Source: Calditrichota bacterium
GTDB taxonomy: Bacteria; Electryoneota; Electryoneia; Electryoneales; Electryoneaceae
Assembly: GCA_018263585.1 (NCBI GenBank)
Contig: JAANWZ010000130.1
Span: forward strand, 14,062 to 78,061
Direction of reading: 5' to 3'
DNA: 64,000 nucleotides
Position numbers and translations under genes: made by a program
Notes under the pieces: generated by a model
What the model saw: the letters and a program-made list of their open reading frames with translations, nothing else
What the model was told of the DNA's origin: nothing
Database searches by the model: none
In this document: positions 59,823-64,000 of the stretch, one piece after another
How the letters are laid out: the number at the start of each line of letters is the position of its first letter
Position numbering within the stretch: position 1 is the first letter of the stretch

Positions 59823-61223
59823 TTGCTGAAGAACCAGCGCACGATCGCGCAGGAAGTCGCACTCGAAGGAATCGGCCTGCACACCGGCGTGACGACGCAG
59901 ATGACGTTCAAGCCCGCGCCGGCGGGGTCGGGGTACTGGTTCGAAAGGAGCGATCTCGACAGCGCGCCCCGGATCAAGGCGGACATCGATCATGTGATCG
60001 ACATCTCCCGCGGGACAACGATCGCCCAGGGCGACGTCAAGGTGCACACCGTCGAACACGTCCTCTCCGCGATCGCCGGACTCGGGATCGACAACTGCGT
60101 CGTCGCGCTCGACAATGTCGAACCGCCGGTGATCGACGGCAGCTCGAAACCGTTCGTCGATGCGCTGCTCAAGGGCGGAATAAAGGAGCAGGACGCGCCG
60201 AAGGAATACCTCGAGATCAACAAGACGCTGATCTACCACAACGAGGAGAAGGGGATCGACCTCGTGATCGTGCCCTCGGACGAGTTCCGGATCACGTACA
60301 TGGTCGATTACCGCAACCCGGCGCTCGGCACGCAGTACACGTCGATGTACACGCTCGAGGACGAGTACGCCAGCGAGTTCGCGGAGGCGCGCACGTTCGC
60401 CTTTCTCAGCGAGATCGAGCAGCTCAAGAAACAGGGCCTGATCAAGGGCGCGTCGCTCGACACCGGGCTCGTGATCGTCGATCGCGACCTCGACGGCACG
60501 GGGCTGAAGCGGCTGAAGGACCTGTTCGAGGTGGACCATCCGCTCAAGCTCGGCGAGAGCGGCATCCTCGACGACCGCGAGCTGCGCTTCTACAACGAAC
60601 CGGTGCGGCACAAGGTGGTGGACCTGATCGGCGACTTCGCGCTGCTCGGGATTCCGATCCGCGGGCATGTGATGGCGGCGCGCGCGGGCCACGAGGCGCA
60701 CGTGGAAATGGTCCGCAAGATGCGCAAAATCTACCAGCAGCGGAAACTGACGAAAAAGTACCAGCGCTCGACGACCACCACGTACGTGTTCGACGTGGAG
60801 GCGATCCAGCGCCTGCTCCCGCACCGGTACCCGTTCCTGCTCGTCGATCGCATCCTCGAGCTCGTGCCCGGGGAGCTGGTCTCCGGGATGAAGAACGTGA
60901 CCGTGAACGAACCGTTTTTCCAGGGCCACTTTCCCGGCCATCCGGTGATGCCGGGCGTGCTCGTCATCGAGGCAATGGGCCAGGTCGGCGGCGTGCTCCT
61001 GCTCAACGAGTCGGCGAACCCGGAGAACAGCGTCGTCTATTTCACCCGGCTCGAGAACGTGCGGTTCAAGCGGATGGTCGTCCCGGGCGACACGCTGTTC
61101 ATCCGCGTCGAGCTCGTCTACTTCCGGCGCGGGGTGTGCAAGATGCAGGGCCGGGCGTTTGTCGATGATGATCTCGCCGCGCAGGCGGAGCTGCAGGCTG
61201 TCATCCGGGAGCAGGAAACATGA
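59823..61223 (+). CDS. lpxC/fabZ: Bifunctional UDP-3-O-acyl-GlcNAc deacetylase / 3-hydroxyacyl-ACP dehydratase
   Basis: N-terminal LpxC (HTVEHVLSA, zinc ligands). C-terminal FabZ hot-dog (FFQGHFPGHPVMPGVL). TTG start. Confidence 0.85.
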   Translation: MLKNQRTIAQEVALEGIGLHTGVTTQMTFKPAPAGSGYWFERSDLDSAPRIKADIDHVIDISRGTTIAQGDVKVHTVEHVLSAIAGLGIDNCVVALDNVEPPVIDGSSKPFVDALLKGGIKEQDAPKEYLEINKTLIYHNEEKGIDLVIVPSDEFRITYMVDYRNPALGTQYTSMYTLEDEYASEFAEARTFAFLSEIEQLKKQGLIKGASLDTGLVIVDRDLDGTGLKRLKDLFEVDHPLKLGESGILDDRELRFYNEPVRHKVVDLIGDFALLGIPIRGHVMAARAGHEAHVEMVRKMRKIYQQRKLTKKYQRSTTTTYVFDVEAIQRLLPHRYPFLLVDRILELVPGELVSGMKNVTVNEPFFQGHFPGHPVMPGVLVIEAMGQVGGVLLLNESANPENSVVYFTRLENVRFKRMVVPGDTLFIRVELVYFRRGVCKMQGRAFVDDDLAAQAELQAVIREQET

Positions 61224-62020
61224 GCGTGATCGACCGGCATGCGGATGTGGATCCGGGGGCTGAGCTCGGCGACGATGTCACCGTCGGCCCGTTCGCCGTG
61301 ATCGAGGCGGGGGCGGTGCTCGGTCATGGCTGCCGTGTCGGCCCACACGCGTACGTGACGAAATGGGCGCGGCTCGGCAACGACGTCCAGGTCCACAACG
61401 GAGCGGTCGTCGGCAGCGACCCGCAGGATCTCAAGTTCGAGGGCGAGGAGACGACACTCGCGGTCGGCGACCGCACCGTGATCCGCGAGTTCGCCACGCT
61501 CAACCGCGGCACGAACGAGTCCGGCAGCAGTTCGGTCGGCGCCGACTGCCTGCTGATGGCGTACACACACGTCGCGCACGACTGCCATCTCGGCGATCAT
61601 GTGATCCTCGCGAACTCGGTGAACATGGGCGGGCACGTGTACATCGGCGACTGGGCGATCGTCGGCGGACTCGTGCCGATTCACCAGTTCGTGCACATCG
61701 GCTGCCACTGCTTCATCGGCGGCGGCTGGCGCGTGCCGCAGGATGTGCCGCCGTACATGCTCGCCGCCGGAAGCCCGCTCAGCTACCGGGGATTGAACTC
61801 CATCGGCCTCCGGCGCAGAGGGTTCTCCTCCGAGAACATCATCGCGCTGAAGCGGGCGTACAAGCTCATCTACCGCAGCAATCTCAACCTGACCCAGGCC
61901 GTTGAGCGAATTCACTCCGAGCTGGAGATGACGAGTGAAATCGGAGAATTGCTCCGCTTCATCGAACAAGATTCGAAACGCGGGATCATCGGGCGCGGCG
62001 GAGTGGAATCCGATTTCTGA
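61220..62020 (+). CDS. lpxA: Acyl-ACP--UDP-N-acetylglucosamine O-acyltransferase
   Basis: ATGA overlap. Hexapeptide repeats. C-terminal helical domain. Confidence 0.85.
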   Translation: MSVIDRHADVDPGAELGDDVTVGPFAVIEAGAVLGHGCRVGPHAYVTKWARLGNDVQVHNGAVVGSDPQDLKFEGEETTLAVGDRTVIREFATLNRGTNESGSSSVGADCLLMAYTHVAHDCHLGDHVILANSVNMGGHVYIGDWAIVGGLVPIHQFVHIGCHCFIGGGWRVPQDVPPYMLAAGSPLSYRGLNSIGLRRRGFSSENIIALKRAYKLIYRSNLNLTQAVERIHSELEMTSEIGELLRFIEQDSKRGIIGRGGVESDF

Positions 62021-62085
62021 ATCCCGGCGGATTCGACCGGCGGCTTGCCGCGGGCGACGCCGCGGATGCACATTCCGAGGACTGC

Positions 62086-62239
62086 TGGAAAAGGCGTGAT
62101 CCTTCGTCATGCTGAACGAAGTGAAGCAGGTCCAGGTTTGAAGACGGTCGTACATATGACTCAACCTGTTGATAACTCGGACCTTTCCTTCACTGCGTTC
62201 AGGACATGGTTCCGCCGCCTGCGGCGGCGTCAGAATGAC
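62086..62239. repeat. MITE/REP-like element, copy I (about 90% identical to G)
   Basis: Collinear with G apart from a diverged central ~30 bp. Confidence 0.85.
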
Positions 62240-62350
62240 ACGTCACCGACGGTGGGCGGTTTTTCGATCCTGGAGTACTTTTTCGACAGTCTCTTCTCGT
62301 AGCAGTGCGGGGGGACCGAGGCCGTCCGACAATCCGAAAAGGGAGGTACG

Positions 62351-63028
62351 ATGAAGGCGATGAGGCTTGTTCTGACCGCGGTTCTGCTCGCGACGTTCGC
62401 AACTCCGTCGCTGGCCGGGTTCGGCATCCACTTCAACTACGACATGATGACGATCGGTGAGGAGACGAAGGAATTCAATTTCGAGGGCCAGACAGAACTG
62501 GCGAATCTGCAGCGTCTCGAATCGACCAGTCCGATCGGCGGAGGGGTTGATTTCACATTCGGCCTGCTCCCGATCGTCGACCTGATGCTGAGCGTGGAGG
62601 GCGCATACGGCAGCTATGAGACGAGTTACGAAACCCCGGACGACAACGTCTCCACGGACGCTCCCTTCCTCCGCGCCGGCGCCGACCTGACCGGCACGGT
62701 CACCGTTTTCAGTTTTCCCCCGATTGCGAAGATCGGTTCCGTGTACGCGGGCGGCGGGCCGAGTTTCATGATGGTGGCGCCGGTGTTTTCGGAGGGCCTT
62801 GTCAAGGACAACTTCGACTCCATCGATGACAAAGTGGATCCCGCCGATCTTGCCGACGACGTGCAGGCCGAATTCGGCGTCCATTTCACCGCGGGTGTGA
62901 AGCTGGATCCGACCGGGCTGCCGTTCTCGTTCCGTGTCGCCGGCAAGTACTACATGATCCCGACTCTCGAGGAACCGGCGCCGACGTCCTGGCTGACCGT
63001 ACAGGCCGGCATCGCGTTCGGAGGCTGA
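62351..63028 (+). CDS. Small outer-membrane beta-barrel protein (OmpW/OmpA-like porin family)
   Basis: Signal peptide. Alternating amphipathic beta strands. C-terminal aromatic residue ...AFGG. Confidence 0.5.
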   Translation: MKAMRLVLTAVLLATFATPSLAGFGIHFNYDMMTIGEETKEFNFEGQTELANLQRLESTSPIGGGVDFTFGLLPIVDLMLSVEGAYGSYETSYETPDDNVSTDAPFLRAGADLTGTVTVFSFPPIAKIGSVYAGGGPSFMMVAPVFSEGLVKDNFDSIDDKVDPADLADDVQAEFGVHFTAGVKLDPTGLPFSFRVAGKYYMIPTLEEPAPTSWLTVQAGIAFGG

Positions 63029-63191
63029 GCCGCGAAGGAACCGAAGTCCGACTCACCTCGTACATCGGTTGGCAACCTTGCGCGGGCCGGCTCATCTTAC
63101 CGTGAGTCGGCCCCGCGTTTCAGATAAGCCCGGGCTCGCGTCGCCTGTGCGCGGCGCGCTCCCCGGCCCCGACAAAAAGGCAACCCCGCAC

Positions 63192-64000
63192 ATGCTGCTC
63201 ACCGCCGTTTCATTCATCGTCGTGCTTGGCGTCGTCGTGTTCGTGCACGAGTTCGGCCATTTTTCCGCGGCGAAGCTGGTCGGCGCGCGCGTGGAAGCGT
63301 TCTCGCTCGGGTTCGGCAAGCTGTTCGGGATCAAGCGGGGGGACACGGAATACCGAGTCGGCTACATCCCGCTCGGCGGGTACGTGAAGATCTCCGGGAT
63401 GGTCGATGAGTTCGGCGGGGATGAGATCACCGGCGCGCCGTACGAGTTCCAGTCGAAGAACACGTTCCAGAAGGCGTTCATCATCACCGCGGGCGTGTTG
63501 ATGAACTTTCTGCTCGGGATCGCTCTCTACGCGGCGATCGCGTTCTTCCAGGGAGAGGCGGTCGTCTCTCCGGAGCCGGAGATCGGCGATGTCGTTCCCG
63601 ACAACCCCGCGGCGGCCGCGGGAATCAAGCCCGGCGACAGGGTGATCGGCGTCGATGGCGAACCGGTTTCGAGCTGGATCGAGTTCCGGGACGCGGTGCA
63701 CGCCCGGCCCGAAGAAGAAGTTGCGCTCGTGTGGGTGAGCGGCACGGACACCCTGTCCGCGTCGATGACCACGCGCACGGGGAAGGTCATAGATTGGGAC
63801 GGCGTGCGCGAGGTCGGGCTGGTCGGCGTCGGACCGGTCGTGCACTACCAGCCCGTCGGGTTGTTCAAATCGCTCGAGATGGGCTGGCGGATGACCGGCC
63901 GCGTGCTCGGACTCACGTTGCTTTCGATCCGGATGCAGTTCACCGGCGACGCGTCGATCAGTGACCTCACCGGCCCGGTCGGGATCGTGCATCTCAGCGG
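63192..64000 (+). CDS. rseP: RIP metalloprotease RseP (site-2 protease), truncated at the 3' end of the window
   Basis: HEFGH zinc motif in the first TM helix. PDZ domain (GIKPGDRVIGVDG). Runs off the window. Confidence 0.85.
   Translation, partial: MLLTAVSFIVVLGVVVFVHEFGHFSAAKLVGARVEAFSLGFGKLFGIKRGDTEYRVGYIPLGGYVKISGMVDEFGGDEITGAPYEFQSKNTFQKAFIITAGVLMNFLLGIALYAAIAFFQGEAVVSPEPEIGDVVPDNPAAAAGIKPGDRVIGVDGEPVSSWIEFRDAVHARPEEEVALVWVSGTDTLSASMTTRTGKVIDWDGVREVGLVGVGPVVHYQPVGLFKSLEMGWRMTGRVLGLTLLSIRMQFTGDASISDLTGPVGIVHLS

Noticed and set aside
9168-62239. Could the repeated palindromic elements be a CRISPR array?
   Set aside because: Copies are not regularly spaced direct repeats with unique spacers. 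They are dispersed tens of kb apart, in both orientations, and are themselves inverted-repeat structures. No cas genes are present.

Overview
High-GC (~67%) bacterial chromosomal window. Gene content (fused lpxC/fabZ, DUF5683, a DUF4295-like small protein, a TamB-like gene next to bamA, short NuoG) suggests an FCB-group-like lineage such as Rhodothermota, Gemmatimonadota or Bacteroidota; this lineage call is inference. Coding content is mostly housekeeping. It includes a nearly complete NADH:quinone oxidoreductase operon (nuoD–N, with nuoD truncated at the 5' end of the window), rpmE, and an envelope cluster uppS–tamB-like–bamA–skp–lpxD–lpxC/fabZ–lpxA–OMP–rseP. Also present are panBC, argS, mnmA, iscS-like, deoB, rdgB, add, putA-like, and an ECF sigma factor with a possible anti-sigma factor. 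The accessory-looking region is a minus-strand operon of three paralogous family-2 glycosyltransferases, a flippase-like membrane protein (LPG_synthase_TM/UPF0104) and a NodB-type deacetylase, joined by ATGA overlaps and divergent from a heterodimeric ABC-exporter pair. The most unusual non-coding signal is a dense family of ~135–190 bp modular, imperfectly palindromic MITE/REP-like elements. They have GTCATYCTGA...TCAGRATGAC termini and a GAAG-AAGGTCC / GGACCTTC-TTCACT core. There are 9 copies plus 1 solo terminus, several lying inside the nuo operon. Other repeats are a 26-bp perfect palindrome (3 copies), CCCGGNTTCG/CGAANCCGGG hairpins after nuoE and nuoF, a heptamer tandem repeat, and a 280-bp AT-rich island between nuoH and nuoI. 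No rRNA, tRNA or CRISPR was recognised.
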